From assembly GCA_964637165.1 (NCBI GenBank), contig CAZWVI010000002.1, positions 119,470-183,469 on the forward strand: DNA of 64,000 nt, given 5' to 3'. The translations under genes and the position numbers were made by a program. This document shows positions 9,068 to 19,354 of this stretch, piece by piece (position 1 is the first letter of the stretch; each line of letters starts with the position of its first letter). The notes under the pieces were generated by a model that saw only the letters and a program-made list of their open reading frames with translations, did no database searches and had not been told where the DNA came from. This DNA is from an uncultured Planctomycetales bacterium. GTDB taxonomy: Bacteria; Planctomycetota; UBA1135.

Positions 9068-11850
9068 TATTCTTCCTCCTCATCGCTATCGACGTCACCG
9101 CCTAATAATCCGGTCCCAGCGATGGCGGCGAATATCGGTTCCCGAATATTGTCTGTTCCTTCCTTAAATGGCCATTCGGGCTTGAGCTCGTCGCTTGAAC
9201 TGGAGCTATCGTCGTTCCTTGAACGAATGGCGCGCAGGATATCGCCCGCCTGTTTTTCAGCCATTTCCCATGCCTCAGATCCATCATCTACTTTGGGCTC
9301 GTAGGCGCCAGAATCCTTTTCCGATTTGCCTAGATTCCAAATTCCGACAGTTGGTTTTTCACCATAGCCCCCTAGTTTTTTCGCAATCAATCGATAAAGA
9401 GGTAATTGCAACTTTTTCCACTCCTTCTTGTTTTTCAAATAAGGATATTGTTTTTTGTCCCCAGATTTGTAATCCAGAATTCGATATCCGTGATGCTCCT
9501 CATGTTTGTCGATACGGTCAATCTTTGCGCGCAAGAAAACTTTTTCGCCATTAAGCTCGACTTCGATCCCTTCCTTGGGAAGTTCAAGTTCAGCCTCAAC
9601 AATTCGCCAACCATTTTTTATCTCAGCCGCTTGTTGTTTAGCGAACACTTTTAACCGTTGTCGCATTTGCTCCACCTGCAGGTGAACTGCCGGAAGTGCG
9701 TCCTCCCCAAACAATATCTTGCTACGGTAATTAAGGCGTGAACACAGATAGTCGTAAATTTCCTCGGCCTTCTCGTTATCGCGGATTTCAATATCCTTCC
9801 CAAAGTCTTCTAGCACAATGTGAATCAAATTACCGTATAGCAACGGGTTCATTTCTTTGGCATTGTCTTCATCGGTATTTAAACCCAGGACGCGCTCAAG
9901 ATAAAAACTATAGGGTGAATAGAGATAACTTTCAAAATCGGTGACGCGCAGTGATTGGTCGTCGAAGGTGTCGGCGGCGCGCGGCAGAAGGTAGGCAGTT
10001 TGGTTTTTCTTCACCATCTCGGGTAAAGATTCATTGCGGTCCCCCAAGAAGGCCCGCATTCTTTCAGCAATCAATTCCTTGGAGCACCGAAACAATAAGC
10101 GGCTGGGTCGTCGCGGGTCGCCTTGGACAGAATTTCGTCCGCAAATTAATAACAAATCCTGGTGGGCGTTCCTCATTGCGGTTAATGAATAAGCATCTCG
10201 GGCAAAGCGCGAGTTGTTGTCGGGAATGCCCAAAGCCTCCCGCAGAGTGTTAGGTAAAAAAGCATCAGCATGCAAGGATTCAGGCACGAAACCTTCATTG
10301 AATCCGCAAACAATGCCAACCTTGGCGGGGTCCATGCGCATTTCCAGCCAGCCCATCAATTCAATAAAGCCCTTGTCGCTACTTTGCGGAAGCAACTGCG
10401 AGGCGGTTTCCCTTAAAAGTAATCGCAAGGTGGACGCTAACGGTTGATCTACAAATTCGCCGAGCTCTTCGGGCAGTGCTTCGAAACTATGCAGGAGGTT
10501 GGCGAATTTTTTAAGGCACTCAGCCGTTCCTGCATCTTTGGGGTTGTCGGGATTGAATTCACGCTCTCCCCAGACCAATTCAAAGAGCTTTTGGATTGTC
10601 GGTGCCCATTGCGCTGGAGTTTTACAAACATCAGCGGTGCTTGGCCCGAACTTTTGGTCCAGCAATTTCAACAACTTTGGAAGGTCTGAGTATTCGTAGC
10701 GATCGCGAAGCAATTCTCCCTTAATTACATGAGGGAGATGTTGTTTGAAGTAAGTGTCCAACTCCGCCGCCACATTGGGAACTTTGCAAGCACGCATGAA
10801 ATCGGCGTGCCGGCAAAGTGCGGCCAAATCGACCACCTTGCGCCCGTCCAACCAATTAGCCAATGCGTCAAGTAATCGCCAGGGAGGGGTTTTCTTTAAA
10901 AATTCACCCTCCGCCTTATGCGTTTTTATTCTATGCGAGTGAAGCACCCTCTCTAAATAAGGGTGAACTTCATCATCTAACACTGCAATTGAAATGTCCT
11001 TAGTTGAGAGCTCCTTTTTCTGGGCGAGAAATTCAGCAACGGCCTCAGCTTGATCAGTTGGTTGCCCAACCACTGTCCATTCGTTGTCATCGATTTCAAT
11101 TTCTAAATTAGGGTCAGTCCAAGCGTCTACATCAACACACCCAAACTTGTCAAAGCAGTTAGCCCTATTCTCAGGAGCAAAAACGAGGGCAGTAGCTTCG
11201 CTTTCGACCAATGCCAAAGCTTGGCGTTGTAATTTATTGAGGTCAATTACCCCAAGCAAAAAAATTGGATTGGTGTTTGATATTTGCCCACCTTCGATGG
11301 CTTCCTTTCTCGCTTGATGGGGATCGTATTGACCAATTTTAGCCAACTTTTCAAGATATTTGGCTTGGACTTTGGCCAGTACCTTCCATCTGCCCCGCTC
11401 CTGTTCATTGGGTAGCCCATGACACCGCTCAACCTCGGCAAAGGACAACATTTCCCCAGTTAGGTCGGAGTGCAGACGCCGTAGCGGCATGGCCAAACTC
11501 AACCAGGCATTAAGGTCATTAGGATTTGGCGCCTGCTGGATTAACGTTTTGATTTCCTTGGAGTCCAAACATTGTAGGCCGTGAACCCAGCACAGCATGC
11601 GCGTGAAATCGTTGGCGCGAGGTAAATCAAAATCGAATAGTTGGTCGCTTAGTTCACTGACGGTGACAATTCTCGGTTGGCCAATTTTATTGTGGGTAGC
11701 AAACCGTTCTTCAAGACCTCGGGCCGCGCGCCGACCTGGAAGCACAATGGTGATATTGTTGAGGTCGATTTCTGATTGAGAGAGAAACCAATTGTAAGTG
11801 GCATCTAGGTGGGGCTGGTCCCAGCCCAAAAATATCGGGGACGAAATCAC
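9067..11850 (-). CDS. addB: AddB-type inactive helicase/PD-(D/E)XK nuclease partner
   Basis: N-terminal VLPGRRA segment without a Walker A. C-terminal AKIDRID...LDYKSG...LQLPLY nuclease. Coupled directly upstream of addA. Confidence 0.8.
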   Translation of the reverse strand: MISSPIFLGWDQPHLDATYNWFLSQSEIDLNNITIVLPGRRAARGLEERFATHNKIGQPRIVTVSELSDQLFDFDLPRANDFTRMLCWVHGLQCLDSKEIKTLIQQAPNPNDLNAWLSLAMPLRRLHSDLTGEMLSFAEVERCHGLPNEQERGRWKVLAKVQAKYLEKLAKIGQYDPHQARKEAIEGGQISNTNPIFLLGVIDLNKLQRQALALVESEATALVFAPENRANCFDKFGCVDVDAWTDPNLEIEIDDNEWTVVGQPTDQAEAVAEFLAQKKELSTKDISIAVLDDEVHPYLERVLHSHRIKTHKAEGEFLKKTPPWRLLDALANWLDGRKVVDLAALCRHADFMRACKVPNVAAELDTYFKQHLPHVIKGELLRDRYEYSDLPKLLKLLDQKFGPSTADVCKTPAQWAPTIQKLFELVWGEREFNPDNPKDAGTAECLKKFANLLHSFEALPEELGEFVDQPLASTLRLLLRETASQLLPQSSDKGFIELMGWLEMRMDPAKVGIVCGFNEGFVPESLHADAFLPNTLREALGIPDNNSRFARDAYSLTAMRNAHQDLLLICGRNSVQGDPRRPSRLLFRCSKELIAERMRAFLGDRNESLPEMVKKNQTAYLLPRAADTFDDQSLRVTDFESYLYSPYSFYLERVLGLNTDEDNAKEMNPLLYGNLIHIVLEDFGKDIEIRDNEKAEEIYDYLCSRLNYRSKILFGEDALPAVHLQVEQMRQRLKVFAKQQAAEIKNGWRIVEAELELPKEGIEVELNGEKVFLRAKIDRIDKHEEHHGYRILDYKSGDKKQYPYLKNKKEWKKLQLPLYRLIAKKLGGYGEKPTVGIWNLGKSEKDSGAYEPKVDDGSEAWEMAEKQAGDILRAIRSRNDDSSSSSDELKPEWPFKEGTDNIREPIFAAIAGTGLLGGDVDSDEEEE

Positions 11851-11852
11851 CC

Positions 11853-13046
11853 CTAAAACATATCAGGCATGCCTGGGGCAGAGCAAGCAAAAAGTGAACT
11901 TGCTAGCATTAAAGCGTCAGCGCCACCTCCACTTTCTCCACGTAGGTTTAGGTGGCCATTTAGTTGTAGGTGCTCAGCAGTTTGGTGTCCAGAATAAAGA
12001 GCCGCGAGGCCGTTAATGGAAATGTCAAAGGAGGGGCTGCCACCTCGCTCCACTCTGGGAACGCCCGCATCAATCCGCAAACTCCAAGTACCATTATTCT
12101 CTTGAATTACATCGTCCTTAAGCGAGAAACAAGTTTCGCCTGAAATGCTTGGCGACCACCCGCGTTGCAGGAGTGCTTGCTCTACATTTACAATCCGTAA
12201 CATCCATTCTTCCCAAATTTCACGCTTCCAACCACGTTCAGGAAGTAAGTCAATTAGCGGCGACTGAACTCCACTTGGCCAAATTGCTTCGCCGCCCATT
12301 GAGTACAGTGATTTCAAAAAACCAGCCAGGGCGCGCCAGCCTTGGCCGCTACAAGCTACAGCATCTTGAATTTTATAAGTCACGCCAAAATCTAAGTCTT
12401 TGCGTTTGGCAACATAGCTGATGTATGCCTCAACATCACCACCACTATTTTTCAGTACCCAGACTTCTGGTTGTTGCTTCCATGGGTTAAAGATTCGCCG
12501 CCAAATGACCTCTGTGCGGTCTAGGTAGCCGTTCATGCTAGTGGCGTAGTTCTCGTAGCAAGCCTTAACACTGCCCAGGTCCTGGTCTTGAAAGCGGTGC
12601 AAACTTAAGTCGGAGTCAGAGTTGGCGCGTGGGAACAGATTTAGGGGTACCTTTGATTCAACTCGGTAGCCAGCCATTTCGTAGCCAACAGATCGATAGA
12701 GATTGAAGGTGGCAGGGTAAAGGGTCGACAGGGGAGTACCGGCTTGGTGTGCTTCGCCTAAACATTCACGCATCATTTCACGACAAACACCGCGCCCACG
12801 ATATTCTGGCGCAGTGCCCACCCCTGCAATTCCTAACATGGGAATTGACTTTCCATTAAAAAATTGCGCCATATGAATTAGTACCAAGGAAGCAGCAACC
12901 TCATTGTCTTTTTCGAAAACGCGAATATTTTCCACACCAACTCGTTGATGCCACTCGGGGACATCTTCTTCTGAGCAAGTGAATGAAGTGGCCATGAGCG
13001 GCCCGACTGTTACAAGATCACTATCTCTAAATGCGCGGTAACTCAT
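11853..13046 (-). CDS. Eis-like (enhanced intracellular survival) GNAT acetyltransferase with SCP2-like C-terminus
   Basis: GIAGVGTAPEYRGRG acetyl-CoA motif, STLYPAT..LYRSVGYE, MLRIVNVEQAL; about 400 aa tandem-GNAT architecture. Confidence 0.85.
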   Translation of the reverse strand: MSYRAFRDSDLVTVGPLMATSFTCSEEDVPEWHQRVGVENIRVFEKDNEVAASLVLIHMAQFFNGKSIPMLGIAGVGTAPEYRGRGVCREMMRECLGEAHQAGTPLSTLYPATFNLYRSVGYEMAGYRVESKVPLNLFPRANSDSDLSLHRFQDQDLGSVKACYENYATSMNGYLDRTEVIWRRIFNPWKQQPEVWVLKNSGGDVEAYISYVAKRKDLDFGVTYKIQDAVACSGQGWRALAGFLKSLYSMGGEAIWPSGVQSPLIDLLPERGWKREIWEEWMLRIVNVEQALLQRGWSPSISGETCFSLKDDVIQENNGTWSLRIDAGVPRVERGGSPSFDISINGLAALYSGHQTAEHLQLNGHLNLRGESGGGADALMLASSLFACSAPGMPDMF

Positions 13047-13705
13047 GCTTCACAACCATTGCCACTGTGATGACGCAATTTGGCAATTGAAGCTTCCATA
13101 TCCTGAGCACTGAATAGGTAGGTTCCAGCAACTAACACATTGGCCCCGGCATTAATGCAGTCTTTGGCGTTATCGCCGTTGATGCCGCCATCCATTTGAA
13201 TGTCGCCATCAAATCCCCACTCGCGAAGTTGCTCAACCTTGCGTAGGACCTCGGGCATAAATGATTGGCCACCAAAGCCGGCATGCACCGACATGATTAA
13301 AACCATGTCAATTTCATCAAGGTAGTCGCGCATTCCTTCCACGCCGTACGGAGGATTGACTGCTACTCCAGTGATGCAACCAGTTTGTTTATAAGTCTGA
13401 AGAGTCTTTTGAAAACAATGTTCAGCTGCTTCGTAGTGAAAGGTTAATACATCTGCGCCTGCGTTAGCGTATCGTTCAGCCCATTCGCCAGGGTTCTCGA
13501 TCATCAAGTGAACATCAAGAGGAATGTTTGATTTCGTTTTTATCGATGAAACAACCGGCAGGCCAATACTTAGATTGGGCACAAAGTGACCATCCATTAC
13601 ATCGACATGATGCCAATCCGCCCCCGCCGCTTCCGCGCGAGCAAGTTCGGCTTCCAGATTGGTGAAATCGCAGGCCAGCAGTGAGGGGGAGGTTTTGATT
13701 TTCAT
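13043..13705 (-). CDS. rpe: Ribulose-phosphate 3-epimerase
   Basis: PSLLACDF, HVDVMDGHFVPN, DVHLMI, MSVHAGFGGQ, MDGGI, VAGT. Confidence 0.97.
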   Translation of the reverse strand: MKIKTSPSLLACDFTNLEAELARAEAAGADWHHVDVMDGHFVPNLSIGLPVVSSIKTKSNIPLDVHLMIENPGEWAERYANAGADVLTFHYEAAEHCFQKTLQTYKQTGCITGVAVNPPYGVEGMRDYLDEIDMVLIMSVHAGFGGQSFMPEVLRKVEQLREWGFDGDIQMDGGINGDNAKDCINAGANVLVAGTYLFSAQDMEASIAKLRHHSGNGCEA

Positions 13706-13860
13706 CTGTGATGAAGATAACGTAGCCAGGCATCGTCTAGATAAGTCACCTTCAAAGATAATCTGGTAAGGCTCAAACCGCGATTTGGATTTACCTGATG
13801 CGCACAGTAGTGCTCTGGTGAGAAGTAGCAGCAGGGTTCTCGCGCGGATATGCTTTTAGC

Positions 13861-14154
13861 ATGCAAGAGTTTTCACTCCTTGAGAATCTAAAGCAGTTCT
13901 ACGCGGAATCTCCAGTCCTTGGCACCATAATTGCCTTGGTGGCACTCGCTGGAATGATTGCAGTAGTACGCAAAGCACTGAAAATTGCTGCCGGTCTAAT
14001 TGCTATTGCAATTATTGCTATTGCCGCCTCGTGGGCGTTACGCGGCACTGACGCTACCCAAGAGACGATTGAGGATTCAATTGAGGGAGTCAGTGAGCAC
14101 ATTAAAGACTCGGTGGAAGGGGACCTCCAGCCGCTTGAGCAGTTAAATCGCTAG
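13861..14154 (+). CDS. Small hypothetical membrane protein
   Basis: 97 aa, two hydrophobic helices and an acidic tail; no family recognised. Confidence 0.65.
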   Translation: MQEFSLLENLKQFYAESPVLGTIIALVALAGMIAVVRKALKIAAGLIAIAIIAIAASWALRGTDATQETIEDSIEGVSEHIKDSVEGDLQPLEQLNR

Positions 14155-14224
14155 ATTTGGCCGACCACAGGTCAGCAGAGATTGGATATTTGTGGTAGAT
14201 TTGAGGAGAATCCTACTCCCCTAA

Positions 14225-15581
14225 ATTACCTTAAAAGCCGCCACTCTCGCATTCTTGCTGTTGTTTGTTGCAACAGAATCCGTAGCCGCTCAAGCTTTAG
14301 CAACCCATTTCCTGGAAGCTGAACGCTTGGATGATGGTCGCACTCTATTGACCGATGCCGGCACTAAGTCGCAAGTAATTGGCGCGGTAATGATGGTGGA
14401 TAGTGACGGAAGTTTAGAGCACAGTTGGCAGCGGGCTTTGCAGTATCCGCACTCATCTGAATTTATCAACGACCAAGACATCATGATTACCGATACCAAG
14501 CATGATCGGGTAATAGTCTTGGCACCAAATGGTGAAATGAAATGGACTAGCCATAATTATGAGCCATTTTCAGATGGCAGTACCTTGCTTTACCCAAATG
14601 ATGCAACGCTGCTGCCAAACGGCAACATGCTCATATCTGACATGGACAACAATCGAGTGATTGAACTTGATTGGTAGGGAAATATCCATTGGCAATTTGG
14701 GCAAACTGGAATTGTCGGAAGTGATGGCACTCATTTGAGTGGGCCACATAGCCCCGAACGACTCGCTAACGGCAACACCTTGATTGCCGACGCGCACAAC
14801 GACCGTCTCATCGAAGTCGATTCAGCCGGCACAATTGTGTGGGAGCTCGGTCCGCAACTTTCAGGCGGATATGTGTTGGATAGCCCTCGCGATATTGATT
14901 TACTTCCCAACGGAAATTTTGCGGTGGCTGCATTTCATAATTACGATGTAATCATTGTTAACCGCAACGGTTGGATTAGTTGGCGTCAAAGTTTTAGCGC
15001 ACCTCCTTACGATGTCGATTATCTTGATACTGGCAATTTGCTAATTAGCGTTGGCTCCGTTCAAGAATGGGACACCAATGGCAATTTAATTTGGCGTTAT
15101 CCACCACTAGAAAAAAACCGGGTTGAGCCGTTTGTATTAACCAACCTCGCCTGCCTGGATTGACACATCAGTAAACCGATCCCCGTGGCTTCAGCATCGT
15201 GAGCACATGTTGTTGAAGGATATGTTGTTCGCTCCAAGTTTGTCCTTGGGCGGTGATCACACCGTTGGGGGATACATAACCGCAGTGCTTGATGCCGGAA
15301 TTAATAACGCCAAAAAAACAGCAACCCTTTCTTTAGGCGCGAGTGCCGGAGCAATTCCAGCCAACGGGGGCGGTTGGGGAAATTTAGTTTCCGACTTGGT
15401 TATGAATGCCACCAGGAAAACTGTAAACCTAAATCAAAACGGTCGGGTTAATAGTGCTTGGTCAATTCCTAACACTCCAGCGTTGGCCGGGCTGACCTTG
15501 TTCGCCCAAGCTCAGGTTAAAGTGAGCAATGGGCCGGTGCCATCCAAGTTTAGCCCGGTTCAAATCTTAGTAATTAACTAG
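14225..15581 (+). pseudogene. Disrupted secreted arylsulfotransferase-like/NHL-type beta-propeller protein with a C-terminal beta-sandwich, in three fragments
   Basis: ORFs 14255-14677 and 14735-15163 share one frame, separated by TAG 14675-14677 inside a repeat (VIELDW*GNIHWQFG). About six P-x-D/S...NGN-x-LI-x-D repeats. A second stop (TGA 15161) and a +1 frameshift precede 15207-15581. A signal peptide (ITLKAATLAFLLLF) starts at ATT 14225. Confidence 0.75.
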
Positions 15582-15618
15582 GATAAGTTATTTAGGCTCG
15601 TCGGATAAATTTGCAGGC

Positions 15619-16797
15619 CTAAGCTAAAGCAACAATTCCGGGCAATTCTTTGCCCTCAAGCATTTCGAGAAATGCCCCGCCACCAGTAGAGATGTGGCTG
15701 ACCTTTTCAGTTGCGCCGACTAGTTTGACGGCCGCAACTGAATCGCCACCCCCGACCACTGACATGCAATCACTTTCAGCCACCGCACTTGCAATGCACG
15801 CGGTTCCGGCACGGAAAGGCTCCATTTCAAAAACACCCATCGGGCCATTCCACACGACGGTTCTGGCACCTGCCACTACTTCAGCGAAGCGTTTTTGAGT
15901 TTCTGGCCCAATGTCCAAACCCATCCACCCCTTGGGAACCATAGGGCTGTGTACTTCCTTGTTAGCATCGACCGCAAAGTTATCTGCGCAAACGTGGTCG
16001 CTTGGCAAATGTAACTTAATGCCGCGCTGGTCACATTCTTCGAGAATTGTTTGGGCGGTACTAATGCGATCTTCTTCACACAAACTGTTCCCAACACCGA
16101 TGCCTTGAGCGCGCAAAAAGGTGTAGGCCATGCCGCCGCCAATTAAAACTTCATCTACTTTTTCGAGTAGGTTCTCAAGCACAATAATTTTGTCGCTGAC
16201 TTTTGCGCCACCAATGATTGCCACTAAAGGACGGCGAGGTTTAGCGAAAGCCTGATTAAAGGAATCAATTTCCTTTTGTAGTAACAACCCAGTGGCAGTC
16301 TCAGACATTAAGGCTGGCACGCCGGCGGTTGAGGCGTGAGCGCGATGGCAAGTACCAAATGCGTCCTGTATAAAACAATCAGCCATTGCGGCTAAAGTTT
16401 TCGATAACTCAGGGTCATTGCTGGTTTCACCGGCTTCAAACCGTAAGTTTTCCAACACTAAAACTTCGCCAGGATTTAGGTTTGCTGCTGCTGTTTGGGC
16501 AGAGCTACCCACAATATCGGCAACATGTTTCACGATTACCTTATCGCCCAGCAGTTTTTGTAAATGCTCGGCAATCGGTGCCATGCGCAGTTCTTCAACT
16601 ACTTCACCTTTCGGGCGGCCGCGGTGCGATGCCACCACCGCACTCCCTCCAGCATTAAGAATCGCCCGCAATGTCGGCAATGCCGCCACGATACGGGTGT
16701 CATCGGTAATTGCGCCATCTTGCATCGGGACGTTGAAGTCCACTCGCACAAAGGCACGCTTGCCGGACAAGTCCAGCTCGGAAAGAGTACGTGGCAT
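15619..16797 (-). CDS. pgk: Phosphoglycerate kinase
   Basis: RVDFNVP, SHRGRP, LENLRF, DAFGTCHRAHAS, GGAKVSDK, WNGPMGVFE, GGGDS, HISTGGGA. Confidence 0.98.
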   Translation of the reverse strand: MPRTLSELDLSGKRAFVRVDFNVPMQDGAITDDTRIVAALPTLRAILNAGGSAVVASHRGRPKGEVVEELRMAPIAEHLQKLLGDKVIVKHVADIVGSSAQTAAANLNPGEVLVLENLRFEAGETSNDPELSKTLAAMADCFIQDAFGTCHRAHASTAGVPALMSETATGLLLQKEIDSFNQAFAKPRRPLVAIIGGAKVSDKIIVLENLLEKVDEVLIGGGMAYTFLRAQGIGVGNSLCEEDRISTAQTILEECDQRGIKLHLPSDHVCADNFAVDANKEVHSPMVPKGWMGLDIGPETQKRFAEVVAGARTVVWNGPMGVFEMEPFRAGTACIASAVAESDCMSVVGGGDSVAAVKLVGATEKVSHISTGGGAFLEMLEGKELPGIVALA

Positions 16798-16825
16798 CAG
16801 ACTCGCTAAAAAATCAGCAGCCGCT

Positions 16826-17833
16826 TTAACCTAAGTTATGTGATTTGTAAGCCAAATCGCAAACACGGTTCGAGTAACCCCATTCGTTGTCATACCAGGA
16901 GACCACCTTAATCATGTTTGAGTCCATGACCATGGTTGACTTGGCATCGTAAATTGACGAGTGAGGGTTTTGCAAGATGTCACTAGAAACAAGTGGGTCT
17001 TCAGAGTACTCAAGAACACCTTTCATGTCTCCGTCGGCGCAAGCTTTAACGGCTGCGTTTACTTCATCGACAGTCACTTCCTTGTCAAGCACGGCAACGA
17101 GGTCCACGACTGAACCATTTGGAACAGGAACACGCATCGACATACCATCTAATTTACCGTTTAATTCTGGCAACACTTTGCCAACTGCGCGTGCCGCGCC
17201 GGTTGAGGTTGGAATGATGTTGCAAGCAGCGGCGCGTGCACGGCGCAAATCACCATGTGGCAAATCTAAGATGCGCTGGTCATTGGTGTAAGCATGGGTG
17301 GTGGTCATTAAGCCGCGACGGATTCCAAACGCCTGATGCAATGCCTTTGCCAAAGGTGCTAAGCAGTTTGTAGTACAGGAGGCATTTGAAATGATTTTGT
17401 CTTCTGCCTTTAGATCTTCATCGTTTACTCCAAGCACAATCATGTTGTCGATTGCGTCCTTGGGTGGAACGGTTAGCACAACTTTCTTGGCGCCAGCATC
17501 GATGTGCTTTTGGCAAGCTTCGCGAGTGGCGAAAATTCCAGTGGCCTCAATCACAAAGTCGATATTCAAATCGCCCCATGGCAGATTGGCAGGATCGCGC
17601 TCAGCAAGAGCTTTAAGAGGTTTGCCATTGACAACTAATTCACCATCGCCAACTTTAACCGTGCCGTCGAAACGGCCGCCTACGGTGTCGTAGCGAAGCA
17701 GGTGAGCCAGAGTGGCTGGGTCAGTCAGGTCGTTAATCGCAACAACTTCAAAGTCGTTACTACGAGTCTGCATGATGCGGAAGACATTCCGGCCGATGCG
17801 ACCGAAACCGTTGATGGCAATGCGAATGGCCAT
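16826..17833 (-). CDS. gap: Type I glyceraldehyde-3-phosphate dehydrogenase
   Basis: INGFGRIGR, catalytic [18 protein letters not shown]. Confidence 0.98.
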   Translation of the reverse strand: MAIRIAINGFGRIGRNVFRIMQTRSNDFEVVAINDLTDPATLAHLLRYDTVGGRFDGTVKVGDGELVVNGKPLKALAERDPANLPWGDLNIDFVIEATGIFATREACQKHIDAGAKKVVLTVPPKDAIDNMIVLGVNDEDLKAEDKIISNASCTTNCLAPLAKALHQAFGIRRGLMTTTHAYTNDQRILDLPHGDLRRARAAACNIIPTSTGAARAVGKVLPELNGKLDGMSMRVPVPNGSVVDLVAVLDKEVTVDEVNAAVKACADGDMKGVLEYSEDPLVSSDILQNPHSSIYDAKSTMVMDSNMIKVVSWYDNEWGYSNRVCDLAYKSHNLG

Positions 17834-17910
17834 GATTTTCTTTGTTTTTTCTTGGGTTTCGCCGAAAAGGGCTTCTCGGCGTGGGAGGAATAGGGGATTC
17901 TACCCTAAGT

Positions 17911-18855
17911 ATGGTTTCTTCGCCTCCCCAACTTGCCAACCTCACGGGCTTTAATGTCTTTGGTGGCTGGCCCGCCACCGACCGAGTAATGCTCGCCTGC
18001 TCTGGTGGTGCTGATTCCACCTACTTGGCCTGGGCTTGGCAAGCTTTTGCCACCAGTTTGGCGGAGCCTCCATTGGCGACCGCAATAGTAATTAACCACG
18101 GGTGTCGCCCCGAAAGTTTTGCCGATGCCCAACAAGCGGCGGCGAACTTACAGCAACTAGGCTTGGAGGTCGAGGTGCGCACTCTAGACTCAGTGCGGGA
18201 GACCGAGAACAATTTGCGCATCAGTCGGTATCAGGCTTTTGCAGAGTTCGCCCTTGAAAGCGATTCGCGAATTTTATTAACTGCCCACAACGCTGACGAT
18301 GTGGCTGAAACAGTGCTCCTGCGAATTATGCGTGGCACGGGCTTGCGAGGATTATCCGGAATTCCACAACAAAGAACAATCACCCTTGCTAATGGCCAAT
18401 TGCTTCAATTGCGCCGACCACTACTGAGTTTACGCAGCAATGAAATTCGTAGTACGTTAAGTGCAAACAATATTACTTGGGTCGAAGACCTAACTAACCA
18501 AGACTCGAGTTATGCACGACGGAATTATCTTCGCCAAGAAATTTTGCCGCATCTTGAAAAAATCTCCACTGGCGATCCAATAAAAGCATTACTTCGCTTA
18601 GCCTCTGAGGCAAGTGACCGTAATCAGTCGCTTGACGAATTGTTAAGTAGCTCCATTGAGTGGAAATCACTTCCAAGTTATTATCGCCGACAAGTAATTG
18701 CTCAACAGTTGCGCCAACTGCACGAAACAGTAAGTCCGGCAAGATTGGTGGATTTGGAGCAAGCCCTCCTTAAAACCGGCAAGGTGGGGGTGTCAGTACA
18801 CCATCAACTTCGATTAATCAGCTCGGGACAACTTGAGTCTGCCCAGCGGAATTGA
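17911..18855 (+). CDS. tilS: tRNA(Ile)-lysidine synthetase, short form without the C-terminal domains
   Basis: PP-loop CSGGADS, TAHNADDVAETVLLRIMRG, RPLL, EDLTN...RRNYLR. I place the start at ATG 17911 rather than 17842. Confidence 0.88.
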   Translation: MVSSPPQLANLTGFNVFGGWPATDRVMLACSGGADSTYLAWAWQAFATSLAEPPLATAIVINHGCRPESFADAQQAAANLQQLGLEVEVRTLDSVRETENNLRISRYQAFAEFALESDSRILLTAHNADDVAETVLLRIMRGTGLRGLSGIPQQRTITLANGQLLQLRRPLLSLRSNEIRSTLSANNITWVEDLTNQDSSYARRNYLRQEILPHLEKISTGDPIKALLRLASEASDRNQSLDELLSSSIEWKSLPSYYRRQVIAQQLRQLHETVSPARLVDLEQALLKTGKVGVSVHHQLRLISSGQLESAQRN

Positions 18856-19048
18856 GGCAAGGTTTTGCGCCGACATCAAATCCTTGCTCCACGTGCTCAC
18901 ATCTACGGTACTTGTGTTGCGAGAAAAATAATCCCTCCACTTGGTAGAAAGGGTCGGCATTATTTTTGAGCACTTTCGTCGTCCAAACTACCACCATTGG
19001 TGGCATGGATAGGGATTTCAATGCAAACCGTCCCTGCGAGCGGCAAGA

Positions 19049-19354
19049 ATGAAGCATGCAGATTATTTAGTAAATTGCTCAATTTCAGGGAGGAAGCAAT
19101 GTAATGAAAATGAAATTGGCTAGTCAATCATTTTAGATGAATTGTCATATTTTTTGTTGGCAGGGGGCCAACCAAGTTTTTGGGTTCATGGGCAGGGTCA
19201 TTTAAATACTAATGCAACCGCTGCAGCCTTTTTGCATTCCAACGTCATTCTTTCATCTTTACTTGGTCGCGATCTTTACTTTCAGGCCGCAGTTCAGAGT
19301 GCAGATGGAGCGGCATCATTTAGTCGCGTGCGAAAAGTTAGTGTTATTCCTTAA
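19049..19354 (+). pseudogene. Relic of the C-terminal beta-sandwich domain of a secreted protein
   Basis: The frame of ORF 19142-19354 extends upstream through TAG 19121-19123 (ADYLVNCSISG...IG*SIILDEL). It ends LLGRDLYFQAAV...FSRVRKVSVIP, resembling the end of 15207-15581 (LAGLTLFAQAQV...FSPVQILVIN). No signal peptide and no upstream gene body. Confidence 0.5.

Noticed and set aside
13706-13860. Structured ncRNA (for example SRP RNA) between rpe and the small membrane gene
   Set aside because: Only a weak imperfect hairpin; the SRP GGAA loop and GCAGC pairing pattern are not met.
15161-15202. TGA codons at 15161 and 15200 as selenocysteine
   Set aside because: No redox motif context, no SECIS-like hairpin that I could see, and the downstream homology is in another frame.
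18818-19057. 79-aa minus-strand ORF as a real gene
   Set aside because: It overlaps the tilS end, has no recognisable family or RBS, and lies in a decayed region better explained by the plus-strand relic.
14675-19123. TAG readthrough or recoding (Pyl or an alternative code), suggested by in-frame TAGs at 14675 and 19121
   Set aside because: Intact conserved genes here (pgk, dsbD) end at TAG at the expected lengths, and both TAG-bearing loci show other signs of decay.
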